Counted from the first letter of the stretch, positions 9,051 through 19,098 are shown. The stretch is DNA of 64,000 bases from Bacteroidota bacterium (GCA_030706745.1 JAUZNX010000004.1:218152-282151), one strand, 5' to 3'. The notes: generated by a model from the sequence alone, not told the origin. Made by a program: numbers and translations.

Positions 9051-10532
9051 CTAACCTGCTGCCATCACGGCAGGGGCATGTATGACATGGTTCGCCTTGG
9101 TATCCGAAAACAGATACTCGATCACCTCGGCTGCGGTATAACTTCGCTCGCCATTTTGCAGAAAATGCCCAACGCGGTGCAAAGAATCACCGGCGGTAAC
9201 AAGACCCTGCTCCACATAACCCGATAGTTGCTCTTGCGCCAGACCAACATTCGCCATGAGTGCATTGCAAAGACATTTTCGTCCGACAGTATCCTCGGCC
9301 TTGCCACCCTTCTTCACGTAACTATTGACCGGTTCGCCGGGACAACGGTATCCAATAGTCCCATCGGGGCGTTTGTAGGTCGATCGTAAAAACCCAAGTT
9401 GGCAAAGGCGCGGACGTTCACCGTAAAGTTCGTTATCCGAAAGCGTCTCTTCGAGTTGGACAATCTTGAACGGAAAACCGGTCGGTGATGCCGCCGGATC
9501 GGTAAAGACTTGCGCGTTACCATTTGCGACCTGCTCGAGCGTCTGCCGCTTGAGCGTTTCCTCCAGGCCGGACTCTTCGCAAAACGCGAATGGGGTTCCG
9601 ATTTGAACGCCGGTGGCACCGGCAGCCAGTGCTTCCTGCAGTGCAGTCGGCGTTCCATAATCTCCGGCGAGCCAAAAAGGAAGACCCAACTCCCGGAATT
9701 TCTCCAGATTGGCGGCATCGCGCGGCCCATAAACTGGCTCGCCCGATTCGGTCAGACGCAATGGGCCACGGGGCGGCGCATTGTGCCCGCCGGCAAGCGC
9801 GTTCTCGATCACGAAGCCATCGATGCGGCCGTTGGCTTTTTGCACGAGCATCTGTGCAAGAACGTCGGATGAAACAATGGCCAGGAAGTTTGGACGACGT
9901 AGCGGAGGCAATGTCATCCCAAGCACGGCTTTCGGATCGAGCGACATTCGCGTTTCCTCGTCGGAGGAGGCGGCGCCATCTACCTGGATGCGCATGGTAG
10001 TCGTCTCGTGATTGGCGAGGCGATCCAGAATTCCGGGAATTTCGCGCGGGATGCCGGCGCCCATGAGCACATAGTCCACATCCGCAAGCATGGCACCATA
10101 AAGCGACGCCAGATTTGGGAGTTGGACTTTCTCCAACAGGTTAATGCCTACGACGCCGGTGTGGCCTTCCTTGGCAAGATACACCTCGCAAAAATTCGCG
10201 GCGATCGTGAGCGCGAGCAACTCCGCCCCAGCGGCGAGCGTGAACATCGGGACGCTGTGGACGGCACGGCGTCCCGTGGAACGCTGCTTGTTGAAATGCT
10301 GCTTAAGGATGCGCTCCGCAATGGCGGGGACAGGAAACTTGGCCAACGCGCGACGCAAATGACCACCGATATCACCATCCTGGAGCCGCTGAGCGAAGAC
10401 GACGTTCAGCACCGTTCCGGACACGACGCCGAGCTGCCCCTGCCGCGAAACAGCGCGAGCCAGGCGCCAACCAGAAATAGCCACGCCCATCCCGCCTTGG
10501 ATGATCGGAGGGTGAGTCCCTGCGGTATTCAA
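9051..10532 (-). CDS. Nitronate monooxygenase / 2-nitropropane dioxygenase-like FMN oxidoreductase
   Basis: PIIQGGMG, AGGHN, GVQIGT; likely TTG start at 10532 with AAAGGAA upstream. Confidence 0.85.
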   Translation of the reverse strand: MNTAGTHPPIIQGGMGVAISGWRLARAVSRQGQLGVVSGTVLNVVFAQRLQDGDIGGHLRRALAKFPVPAIAERILKQHFNKQRSTGRRAVHSVPMFTLAAGAELLALTIAANFCEVYLAKEGHTGVVGINLLEKVQLPNLASLYGAMLADVDYVLMGAGIPREIPGILDRLANHETTTMRIQVDGAASSDEETRMSLDPKAVLGMTLPPLRRPNFLAIVSSDVLAQMLVQKANGRIDGFVIENALAGGHNAPPRGPLRLTESGEPVYGPRDAANLEKFRELGLPFWLAGDYGTPTALQEALAAGATGVQIGTPFAFCEESGLEETLKRQTLEQVANGNAQVFTDPAASPTGFPFKIVQLEETLSDNELYGERPRLCQLGFLRSTYKRPDGTIGYRCPGEPVNSYVKKGGKAEDTVGRKCLCNALMANVGLAQEQLSGYVEQGLVTAGDSLHRVGHFLQNGERSYTAAEVIEYLFSDTKANHVIHAPAVMAAG

Positions 10533-10735
10533 TAATTTCCTTTGAATCGTGTAATAGAGGACACTGCGCGCATTTCCGCTACTGAACAGATAAACCCAAC
10601 ACACGACGGGGCAAAGTCATTTCCCGGTTGAGTGAAGCGCCCTCTAAACCATGATTATAGGCGATTTTGCTGTCTTAGCTGGGGGCTGCAAGTCTCATTT
10701 CTTAATCTCTAGAATCTCTCAAAATCAAGGCTCAG

Positions 10736-10885
10736 ACAGCTTCATCCCCTTCCCGCTCTGCATCCAGCCGTCGCCACGAAGCACGTACCAGTAGCACCCA
10801 GGCGAAAGTGAGGTGGCATCGAGCGGATTTCGCTCGGGCCAGCGGGATACTCTCGCTCCAATGAGCGAACGAGGCGGCCCGTGTT
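10736..10885 (-). pseudogene. Remnant of a T9SS C-terminal sorting domain (frameshifted fragment)
   Basis: TGRLVRSLEREYPAGPSEI in one frame continues as LDATSLSPGCYWYVLRGDGWMQSGK after a 1-nt shift. Confidence 0.5.
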
Positions 10886-10991
10886 TCGCATCCATTTCAT
10901 ACAACGAAGATAATACGTCTCTCCAGGTTCCGCAAGGTCACTTCTCACTACCTCCAAGAACCAAAAGAGGCGCCGCCCCTCCGATCGCCTC

Positions 10992-11451
10992 TCACTCAAA
11001 CAACCACCGCAAGTCATACTCGATGCCGCATGCATCCAAAATGCCCACGACCTCATCCTCATACTTCTGCTTTCGGTGGTGCGATTCCTGATTGTGGATG
11101 TATCGCTCGACCGAGTGCGTTGCGGACGGGCTGACGCTAATCGCGCAATATCCGCGCTGCCACTCGAACTTCTGGTGCAACTCGTCGTAAACCCACTTCG
11201 AGGAATTCGTCTTAATCAGGCGGAGGATGTCTTTCAGCGCCGCCTCGCGTGTGATGAGGGCTTGCAAATGAATGTGGTCCTCCATGCCGCCCGCCGCGAT
11301 GAGTGTATGATGCTGATCGCGAAGAATCCCACCGATGTAGCCGTAGAGCCGGTCCTTCCACTCGGGCTTGATAAGCGGCTCGCGATACTTCGTGCTAAAA
11401 ATCAGATGAACGAAGAGAGATGAAGAAGAGAGATGAATATGATTGTGGCAT
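10992..11451 (-). pseudogene. tnpA: IS200/IS605-family Y1 transposase (REP-associated type), frameshifted near the N-terminus
   Basis: HLIFSTK, EDHIHL (HUH), KTNSSKW, WQRGY, YIHNQE.HH; true ATG at 11451 with SD AAAGGAGGT is out of frame owing to a 13-bp duplication. Confidence 0.85.
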
Positions 11452-11473
11452 CGTGGGAGGACCTCCTTTCGAT

Positions 11474-11482
11474 GCAAAGATA
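11474..11482 (-). promoter_or_regulatory. Bacteroidota-type -7 promoter element TAtcTTTG upstream of tnpA
   Basis: - strand reads CGTATCTTTGCA about 25 bp upstream of the ATG. Confidence 0.55.
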
Positions 11483-11496
11483 CGAAAAATACGACA

Positions 11497-11593
11497 TGGG
11501 GCTCACGCCGCCAGGCTAAGACCTTTCGCTGCTCCGCAGCTACGCATCAGCCTCGAAGCGGCGGAAGGATTTAGCCTGGCGGCGCAAGCCCCA
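11497..11593. repeat. Inverted REP doublet (REPIN-like palindrome)
   Basis: tggggctcacgccgccaggctaa ... ttagcctggcggcgcaagcccca (21/23 inverted match) plus inner inverted similarity. Confidence 0.8.
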
Positions 11594-11610
11594 GGGATCC
11601 AGATAAAACC

Positions 11611-11646
11611 AAAAGCGGCGCCGGTCTTTCGATCGACGCCGCTTCT
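11611..11646 (-). terminator. Rho-independent terminator of rpsA
   Basis: - strand agaagcggcgtcgatc-gaaa-gaccggcgccgctttt. Confidence 0.8.
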
Positions 11647-11666
11647 GAAACAACTATTAAAGCCGA

Positions 11667-13865
11667 TTATCCTTCGACTTCGTCTGTCGGCTCTGGCACG
11701 ACTTCACCCGGCGCGGGTGGCGCGGGCTCCATCATTTCCTCGGGGAGATCGAAGTGACCGAGCTCCTTCGGTGATGGTGCTTGCTCGACGAGTTTCGCGA
11801 GATCGACTTCGCCAGTGCCTTCGGCCGGTGTGGTCTTCTTGCGGCCACGACGTGGCTTGCCATCGGCGGGCTCTTCGCGGCGCTTCTGCATCTCTTCCAA
11901 CGTCTCCTTCGGAATCGGATGCTTCGCGTTGAACTCTTCGAGTGCCTGGCGGTCCTGCGACTTAAGCCACTCGGTTGCCGATAGCACGATCTTGTGGTTC
12001 TCTGCATCGAACTCGATGACGCGCAGGCTCAGTGTGTCATCGATGTGGAAAGAATCCGAAATCGTTTTGATCGGGAAGAATGCAAGCTGCGAAATTGGCA
12101 CGAAGCCATCGATGCCCAGTCCCGACGGGTCTTGCAACTCGACGATAACGCCCTTCTCGATAATGCGCTCGATCTTTCCTTCGACATCCTTGCCTTCACC
12201 GTAGATCGTCTCGAGATTCTCCCACGGATTATCGAGCACCTGCTTGTGACCAAGCGAGATACGACGATTCTCGAGATCGATCCCGAGGATCATCACGTCG
12301 ATTTCCTGGCCCTTCTTCAGGACTTCACCTGGATGACGAACTTTCTTCGTCCACGACAGATCGCTGATATGGACCAGACCATCGACACCCGGCTCGAGTT
12401 CGACAAAGGCGCCGAACTGTGTGATGTTGCGGACGATGCCATGATGCTTCGATCCCATCGGATACTTCTCGAGGAAGAGGGTCCAGGGATCGGGCTCGAG
12501 CTGCTTGAGTCCAAGCGAAATCTTCTTCGAATCCTGATCGATGTTGAGGATGATTGCTTCTGTCTCGGCGCCCAACGTGAGCAGCGATGATGGATGCTTC
12601 ACATGCTGCGTCCACGACATTTCGCTGACGTGGATGAGGCCCTCGATACCCTTTTCGAGTTCGATAAACGCACCGTAGTCCGTCATCGAAACGACCTTGC
12701 CCTTGACGCGCTGGCCAACGGCATAGCGCTGTTCGATCTCGGCCCACGGATGCGGGGTGAGCTGCTTCATGCCGAGCGAAATCCGGCGCTTGTTCTCGTC
12801 GTAATCGAGCACGACCACGGTAACGACCTGATCGAGCTTGACCACTTCGGATGGATGCTGCACGCGGCCCCACGTGAGGTCCGTGATATGTACGAGACCA
12901 TCGATACCACCAAGATCGACGAACGCACCGAAATCCGCGATCGCCTTGACCGTGCCTTCGAGCACCTGTCCGCGTTCGAGCTTCTCGACGATTTCCTTGC
13001 GCTGATCGAGCAAATGCTCTTCGAGCAAGACCTTGTGACTGACGACGACATTCTCGTTCGGGAAGTTGATCTTCACAACGCGAACATCGAGTGTCTTGCC
13101 GAGGAACGCATCGAAATCGCGCACCGGCTTGACATCGATCTGGCTGCCTGGAAGGAATGCCTCGACGCCGAGAACATCCACGACCATACCGCCTTTGATA
13201 CGGCGCATGCACTTGGCCTGCAGGATTTCGCCGGTCTTTTGTGCTTCAATGATGCGCTGCCATGTGCGGGTAAACTCCGCTTGCTTGCGCGAAAGCACGA
13301 GGCGGCCTTCCTTATCCTCGATCGACTCTAAAAATACTTCGACTTCATCGCCGGTCGCGAGGTCCGGTGAAAGATTGAACTCACTCTTGGAGATCACGCC
13401 TTCGGACTTGAAGCCGATATCGATCGTGACTTCTCCATCCGTGATGGCAACGACGCGACCCTTGATGATCTCGCCATCTTTGAGCGGTGAAAGCGCACCG
13501 CCATACAATTTTTCGAGTTCGGCGTGCTCTTCCTTGGAGTATCCACCGCCGAGCTTAATGTTGGGATCGATGATCGTCAGATTGCCGCGATCGCGTCCAC
13601 CACCCTGGTTCGATCGTATCGTAGAGGAGGTCGTGGGCCGCAGTTTCTTGCGCTCTTTTGCTTCAGTTGTTGCCGGAATCACAGCCGCCGGCGTCACATC
13701 CGGAGCGATCTGTGCTGTGGCTGGTGCGGCAGGTTCTGCAATCTCCGCGAGTTCTGTCTCCGGATGATGGTGACCGTTAGTAACTGGTGCCTCGAGAGTG
13801 GCACTGATTGTGTCAGTGGTAGCATCCGCCGCTACCGGCGAAATTTGTTCGTTAATGTCTGTCAT
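11667..13865 (-). CDS. rpsA: 30S ribosomal protein S1 with long low-complexity terminal extensions
   Basis: Six S1 domains; [48 protein letters not shown]. Confidence 0.97.
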   Translation of the reverse strand: MTDINEQISPVAADATTDTISATLEAPVTNGHHHPETELAEIAEPAAPATAQIAPDVTPAAVIPATTEAKERKKLRPTTSSTIRSNQGGGRDRGNLTIIDPNIKLGGGYSKEEHAELEKLYGGALSPLKDGEIIKGRVVAITDGEVTIDIGFKSEGVISKSEFNLSPDLATGDEVEVFLESIEDKEGRLVLSRKQAEFTRTWQRIIEAQKTGEILQAKCMRRIKGGMVVDVLGVEAFLPGSQIDVKPVRDFDAFLGKTLDVRVVKINFPNENVVVSHKVLLEEHLLDQRKEIVEKLERGQVLEGTVKAIADFGAFVDLGGIDGLVHITDLTWGRVQHPSEVVKLDQVVTVVVLDYDENKRRISLGMKQLTPHPWAEIEQRYAVGQRVKGKVVSMTDYGAFIELEKGIEGLIHVSEMSWTQHVKHPSSLLTLGAETEAIILNIDQDSKKISLGLKQLEPDPWTLFLEKYPMGSKHHGIVRNITQFGAFVELEPGVDGLVHISDLSWTKKVRHPGEVLKKGQEIDVMILGIDLENRRISLGHKQVLDNPWENLETIYGEGKDVEGKIERIIEKGVIVELQDPSGLGIDGFVPISQLAFFPIKTISDSFHIDDTLSLRVIEFDAENHKIVLSATEWLKSQDRQALEEFNAKHPIPKETLEEMQKRREEPADGKPRRGRKKTTPAEGTGEVDLAKLVEQAPSPKELGHFDLPEEMMEPAPPAPGEVVPEPTDEVEG

Positions 13866-14291
13866 GGTGTCTTCTAATCTCCGGGCACGAAATGGTTAAT
13901 AATCCGGAGCGCCCGCACGGCCCGTAACGCACATGCCTCCGACTGTAAATGACCCCTTTTTCAAGGGCGGGTCACAACGGCGTCGCCTAATAAGTAGTGC
14001 CCTCACGACGCCGGGATGGTTTTAGGGTACTTCACCTCCGCCTTTGTAATGTGCGGGTTTGTCCGATGGTTTTCCGCCTGCATACGCTAGACTAATGTGG
14101 GAAAACATATTTATCGACTATTCCCGCAAGAGCGAAAACCGAAACTGCCCTCTCGCTCGATTCGGACTACTTCCTTCCGAAGTGGTTAGTCGGCAGGTGT
14201 ATTTTTCAAGGGGAATGAACGCTGAAACTGTTGCAGCCTTGGGGCGGTCCCTTCCGCGGGAATGGACGTTTTGTACGATCTACAATGATCA

Positions 14292-14425
14292 GGGGTTGTA
14301 GCTTATCCCGCCCTCGAGTACATCGAACTGATGAAGGACCGGCAGCGATGGGTGAGAGCCCGTGCTCGGCAATCTTACCCCAGGGGTCCATTTCCGCCGC
14401 GGTACTGAGGGCCGGGGCTGCCGCC
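14292..14425 (+). ncRNA. Candidate structured non-coding RNA (rod with internal bubble)
   Basis: gtagc..cccgccctc-g-agtac pairs with gtact-gagggc-cggg-gctgc; ggacc/ggtcc; GAGA tetraloop hairpin; TACAAT at 14281. Confidence 0.4.
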
Positions 14426-14496
14426 GCAGGCGTTGATTGTTATGGATTGATTTGTGGGATTGGAATCCAAATGACTTGACCGGGAGTTGAACAGTT

Positions 14497-16113
14497 GTGA
14501 AATCTTTCTCTTGCCCGTCAATCGGCAGCATTACTGCATGCCTCTTCCTGCTGCTTGCTCCAATAGCGTTTCCCATAATCGCTTCGGCGCAAACCTCGAT
14601 CATTGCGATCGTTGACACCACCTTCGCTCAGGCAATGGGTGGAAAAGTCGAGACCGCGCTTGGCGCATACGATGATGAAGCAACCGACTTCTACGTCTAT
14701 TTTGGAAGCAAGATCACAGTTTGCGGTAAAGTCGGAACTGCGGACCCAGCACTCGAGAGATTTGGAGTGATTCGTTTGAATCCAGAAGGCACATTCGATT
14801 CGACCTTTGGCACAAATGGTCGCGCTGTTCTCTCGTGGGGCCCATCCGACTACCCTAATCGCATCTACATGCAGCCAGACATGACGGTACTCGCCGCGGG
14901 CGTGAGCGGCCTGACGGATCTTGCCGGCGACCAGGTCCCTGCACTCTTCAAAATTAAGTCGAACGGAGAGCCCGATTCAAGCTTTGGTACCAACGGGCGC
15001 GCCGTTCTCCGACACGATGCGGCATCGCGCGGTGAATTCAGAAATTTATTCCCGGCTGGCAACGCCTTCATCGCCTGCGGTAGCATCACTGCCAATAGCG
15101 CGAACGGTTCAACCGGGTTCTATGCGGTTCGCTTCGGTCCGGCCGGATCGCCCGACTCCGCGTTCGGCACGAACGGTATGGGCTTTCTTCCGTCGAACGT
15201 CCATTCCGTGAGCGGCTTTCTTTCGAAGAATGCGACTGTCATCTTTACAGGCGTCTTGGAGACCGGAGGGAAATCCGTGATCGCTCTCGGACGCCTGACG
15301 GCATCCGGGCAACCGGATTCATCGTTTGGCGTGAACGGGGTCAAGAACACGGGGATCGTCTTGACCGCAGACACAGAGATTGTCTCGGCGATTCAACAAA
15401 ACTTCGATCTCCTGGTTGCCGCGCCACTACAAGGTGCCTCGCAGACACGACCGTTCACGCTGGTTCGCTTTACTTCCGATGGAGCGATCGATAGCTCCTA
15501 CGGAACGTACGGCCTCTCAACAATTCCGATCGCTCCGTATGCGACGGCTCGAGGCATTAACATCGCGAACAACGGCAAGACGGTCGTCAACGGCAGTGTC
15601 GGAAGGACGATCGAACAGTCCGCGACCGCTCGTATCGATCTCGAGGGCGTTCCCGATCCGACCTTCAACCGCACGGGTATGGCCGTGATCGATTTGGATC
15701 ACGGTCTATATTCGAATTACTTGATTCAGTTCGTCGGTATCGGCGGAAAACATTACATGGGCTTTGGCGGCACAAGGCAAAATGGCAAATTAAATTTTAT
15801 GGTCGCCCGTTTCAAGGACGATACTGTCCGCAGTGACGTTCGAATCGCTCAGCCGGTTCGAGGTTCGTTCCAGTGCTATCCGAATCCTGCTTCGAACGAG
15901 GTAACCATTACCGCGGCAAGCGGGTCAATTCAGGGACTCTCTGTTCTCCTCAATGCGCTCGGCAGATCGATCGTATCGAGCGAAAGTCCGCGCGTTTCTC
16001 TTGACCCTGGGGCGCGATCGCTCGACGTATCCGACCTTCCAAATGGATTGTATTACTGCATCATCGAATCTTCGGGAATCCGGTCGATGCAGAAGTTCAT
16101 CGTCGCACATTAA
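14497..16113 (+). CDS. T9SS cargo with delta-60 (DUF5122-like) beta-propeller repeats
   Basis: Repeated G..DS.FG.NG units; signal peptide; CTD YPNPAS...LDVSDLPNGLYY...QKFIV. Confidence 0.85.
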   Translation: MKSFSCPSIGSITACLFLLLAPIAFPIIASAQTSIIAIVDTTFAQAMGGKVETALGAYDDEATDFYVYFGSKITVCGKVGTADPALERFGVIRLNPEGTFDSTFGTNGRAVLSWGPSDYPNRIYMQPDMTVLAAGVSGLTDLAGDQVPALFKIKSNGEPDSSFGTNGRAVLRHDAASRGEFRNLFPAGNAFIACGSITANSANGSTGFYAVRFGPAGSPDSAFGTNGMGFLPSNVHSVSGFLSKNATVIFTGVLETGGKSVIALGRLTASGQPDSSFGVNGVKNTGIVLTADTEIVSAIQQNFDLLVAAPLQGASQTRPFTLVRFTSDGAIDSSYGTYGLSTIPIAPYATARGINIANNGKTVVNGSVGRTIEQSATARIDLEGVPDPTFNRTGMAVIDLDHGLYSNYLIQFVGIGGKHYMGFGGTRQNGKLNFMVARFKDDTVRSDVRIAQPVRGSFQCYPNPASNEVTITAASGSIQGLSVLLNALGRSIVSSESPRVSLDPGARSLDVSDLPNGLYYCIIESSGIRSMQKFIVAH

Positions 16114-17813
16114 CGACAGAGCGCCGCGTCCGCCCGCATCACGAGCAGTCGGGCAGTTAGCCGGCCTAACTCAATCGTATACGTTCCGGACGCGAGGCCA
16201 TTCGTGAGTAACAGGTATCGATCTGTCCCTGCCGAAAGGGTCTCTTTCACCACGGTGGCGCCCCGGGCATTGACGACTGTTAAGCTCTCGTCGCTTCTCA
16301 ATGTCGGGAAATGCAGATTCGTAGCATCGGCTGCAGGATTCGGAATGATGTCGAGCGAGGACGCGTCCGCAGCTGACTCGTCCACTCCACTCTGCGGATC
16401 GACCTGGAAATTCGCCATCATCCCAGCGTCCGCATGCTCCAATTTGTGACAGTGAATGACGAACAGGCCGGGATACTTGTCGAACTTCATCAGCACATTC
16501 ACTTTCCCAAACGGATCGAGGCGGATGACATCTTTCCATCCGCGCTCATGGACATCGGGCGGATTCCCATCGCGGTCGACCACCTGAAACTGCCCGCCAT
16601 GCACATGGACCGGGTGTGTGTTCGCTCCTTCACTCTGGAACGTCCATTGTTCGAGATCGCCGAAGGGGACATGGGCATCGATGCGCGTAAGGTCGTATTG
16701 GAGATCGTTGATATGATGGAGCGCCGCGAAGGTCCAGACACGGGTTCGCTTTGCATCGGCCACAGTATGTGGAATAATGGCCGGGAGTGTCGTCGGGATC
16801 GTCCCTCCGGAGGTACCAGTCTTGCTGATTTGAAATTCCAGCAAGTTGAGTTCGGCCCCTTGCGGCACGGCCCCGGAGCCCGGTGCATCGCTGAACGTGA
16901 ATGACAATGATTTGAGCGTCACAGACTGCCCCTGAGCATAGCGCGAGAAATCAATCAGAACGTCCAGCCGCTCCGCCGGTGCAAGGTTCACGGAAGTAAC
17001 GGATGTCGGCGCATCGAGGAAGCCGCCGTCATTTCCAATCACGATAAACACGCTGCCATCCGAGAGCGCGAGTTTGTAAAAGCGGCCGTTCGATGCGTTG
17101 ACAATTCGGAAGCGGTACAGTGTCGGCGCAATGGCGAGGAACGGGTTTGGCGTACCATTGATCAGGATCGTATCACCAAGCCAGGCGCTCATGATGTCTG
17201 CTCCGGTCGGATTGTAGATGAGTTGACGGTTTGCGTCCACTCGCTTATCCTGGACCATCAATGGGACATCGTACTCGCCGGATGGGAGTCCCATCGCCAG
17301 TTCTTCCGCGTCTTCAATCAGGAAGAAGCCGGCCATGCCCATGTAGACCTGCCGGGCTGTCGCCATGTGCGGATGAGGATGATAGAAATTGATACTGGCA
17401 CGCTGAACGATCGGGAAGGAGACGCTATAGGATGATCCCGTAGCGATGACATCGATCGGGTGACCGCTCGCGGCGGCCGGAGCATCGACGCCATGCCAGT
17501 GGAGCACGGTTTCTTCCGCTAACTGATTGTGGACCGTTGCCGCAAACGTATCGCCCCTTCTTATTTTGATCGTCGGCGAAGGGAACGAGCCATTGATGAG
17601 GAGCAAGTTCGTCTCGACATCCGGATACACGCGGAACGTACCCGGTGCAAGTGTCAAATCGCCACCCGTAATGACAGGAGGAATCCGGAGCGGCTGAGGA
17701 TCGAGCGAGAGCGCACGTGGATGGCTTTGGACCCACGCGAACAGCTCCGGCGACACGGCGGCGGCAATCCCGGCCTGAGCCGCGCGATGCAAAAACGTGC
17801 GACGAGTAATCAT
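16110..17813 (-). CDS. Multicopper oxidase with Tat signal and T9SS CTD
   Basis: TRRTFL; HWHG, YHPHPH, HPVHVHG, HCHKLEHADAGMM; C-terminal IIPNPA...GLASGTY. Confidence 0.9.
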   Translation of the reverse strand: MITRRTFLHRAAQAGIAAAVSPELFAWVQSHPRALSLDPQPLRIPPVITGGDLTLAPGTFRVYPDVETNLLLINGSFPSPTIKIRRGDTFAATVHNQLAEETVLHWHGVDAPAAASGHPIDVIATGSSYSVSFPIVQRASINFYHPHPHMATARQVYMGMAGFFLIEDAEELAMGLPSGEYDVPLMVQDKRVDANRQLIYNPTGADIMSAWLGDTILINGTPNPFLAIAPTLYRFRIVNASNGRFYKLALSDGSVFIVIGNDGGFLDAPTSVTSVNLAPAERLDVLIDFSRYAQGQSVTLKSLSFTFSDAPGSGAVPQGAELNLLEFQISKTGTSGGTIPTTLPAIIPHTVADAKRTRVWTFAALHHINDLQYDLTRIDAHVPFGDLEQWTFQSEGANTHPVHVHGGQFQVVDRDGNPPDVHERGWKDVIRLDPFGKVNVLMKFDKYPGLFVIHCHKLEHADAGMMANFQVDPQSGVDESAADASSLDIIPNPAADATNLHFPTLRSDESLTVVNARGATVVKETLSAGTDRYLLLTNGLASGTYTIELGRLTARLLVMRADAALCR

Positions 17814-17814
17814 C

Positions 17815-19041
17815 CTATTGTTTCAGAAGCATCTCTTCGATCTCCGAAGTCCCGGTCCGGATTCGAATTGGATACGCTCCGTTCGGTAAACTGGAAAGGT
17901 CAACGGTGCTATTCAAGGGATGCTGTTCGATGTCCTCGGTCACCAGGACTTGCCCGAGGAGATTTGTGATCGTGATATGCAAAGGACTTTCCGACCCAGC
18001 CTGTATGGTGACGCGGCCATCCGTTGGGTTTGGATAAACTGCAATCGAGCCTCTGGAAGGGAAGAGCGAAACGCTACTTTGCGCGGGAGTGAACACCTCG
18101 TTCATATTCAAGAAGCCAGTGCCGTCTCGCCCACCCATCACATAGACTCGACCGCCGCACAGTGCCCCGCAGAGCCCCGCACTTCCATGCAGCGTGCCCG
18201 ATGTTGAAGGGCTGGTCCACATGTTCGAGACGGGATCGAACAGTTCGAAGGTATTCAGATAACTGAATCCATCGAATCCGCCAAAGGTATAAATCTTACC
18301 ATCAATAACGGCAGCGCACAGTCCTTGTCGCTGCGTAAAAGTACCCGTGACCGTCGGAACAGACCAGGTTTTCGTCGTAGGATCGAACACTTCCGGTGAA
18401 GGCAGCGAGGCATTCCCTTGCCCGCCGATAGCGTAGATTTTCCCACCGATGATTGTGGCTGTAAGATCGGAGCGCGGGGTGAGCGTTCCGCTGGTTACCG
18501 GTGTCGACCACTCATTCGTCGTTGGGTCGAAAACTTCCAGAGTGTTCAGCACACCGTTGTTCATATCGTAACCACCCAGCACAAACACCCTATTATTTAG
18601 GAAAACAGCGGCGGAACGCCACCGTGGCGTATAGGTCCCGCTCATCATAGGTGCGGACCATGCCTTCGAGACGGGATCGAAAATCTCGACGGTGTTCAGC
18701 GCCCCCGTGGCGTTCGCACCGCCAAACGTATAGATCTTCCCATCGATCGCGACCGAGCAGAGTCCTCTTCGAGGTGTGAATGTTCCAGTCGTGGCTACAG
18801 TGTCCCAGGAATTTGTCGAAGGGTCAAACACTTCAAGCCGGTTGATGTAGGATTGTCCGTTGAATCCACCGATTGCATATATCTTGCCGCCCACTACGCA
18901 TGTGGTGAACGCTCCACGGGGAGTGAACCCGTTGGAAGAAAGGTCGGCCCAGCTACCGAGTAGATCCTCGGCGGTGGCGGGTTGAGCGCGGGTGTAAGCG
19001 GAAAAAGAAAGCAGGAAGAAAAAAAGCAGGCAAGCTCGCAT
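17815..19041 (-). CDS. Kelch-repeat protein with T9SS CTD
   Basis: Six GKIY..GG...E.FDP...W repeats; CTD VYPNPT...DLSSLPNGAY; likely ATG at 19041. Confidence 0.9.
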   Translation of the reverse strand: MRACLLFFFLLSFSAYTRAQPATAEDLLGSWADLSSNGFTPRGAFTTCVVGGKIYAIGGFNGQSYINRLEVFDPSTNSWDTVATTGTFTPRRGLCSVAIDGKIYTFGGANATGALNTVEIFDPVSKAWSAPMMSGTYTPRWRSAAVFLNNRVFVLGGYDMNNGVLNTLEVFDPTTNEWSTPVTSGTLTPRSDLTATIIGGKIYAIGGQGNASLPSPEVFDPTTKTWSVPTVTGTFTQRQGLCAAVIDGKIYTFGGFDGFSYLNTFELFDPVSNMWTSPSTSGTLHGSAGLCGALCGGRVYVMGGRDGTGFLNMNEVFTPAQSSVSLFPSRGSIAVYPNPTDGRVTIQAGSESPLHITITNLLGQVLVTEDIEQHPLNSTVDLSSLPNGAYPIRIRTGTSEIEEMLLKQ

Positions 19042-19098
19042 TATCGATACGCAACTGACCCCAGACAAGAACAATTCTGATGCGAGATATGCCGTGAC

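Noticed and set aside
10992-11477. Intact 161-aa transposase as given by the ORF track
   Set aside because: Its start lies inside the promoter element with no SD; the family-typical start at 11451 is out of frame
12325-13767. Long alternative-frame ORFs over rpsA (and similar ones over res, mod and citrate synthase)
   Set aside because: Shadow ORFs expected from GC-rich codon bias; no recognisable motifs
14165-14190. SRP RNA on the - strand (ttc-GGAA-gga-agtag)
   Set aside because: The conserved CAGG/AGCAG internal loop is not matched
14328-14395. Hammerhead ribozyme or SAM-I riboswitch
   Set aside because: CUGAUGA is present but no GAAA follows stem II; SAM-like words (ttatc, gatgaa, ggcagc) lack the GAGGGA..GGCCC kink-turn and a closing P1
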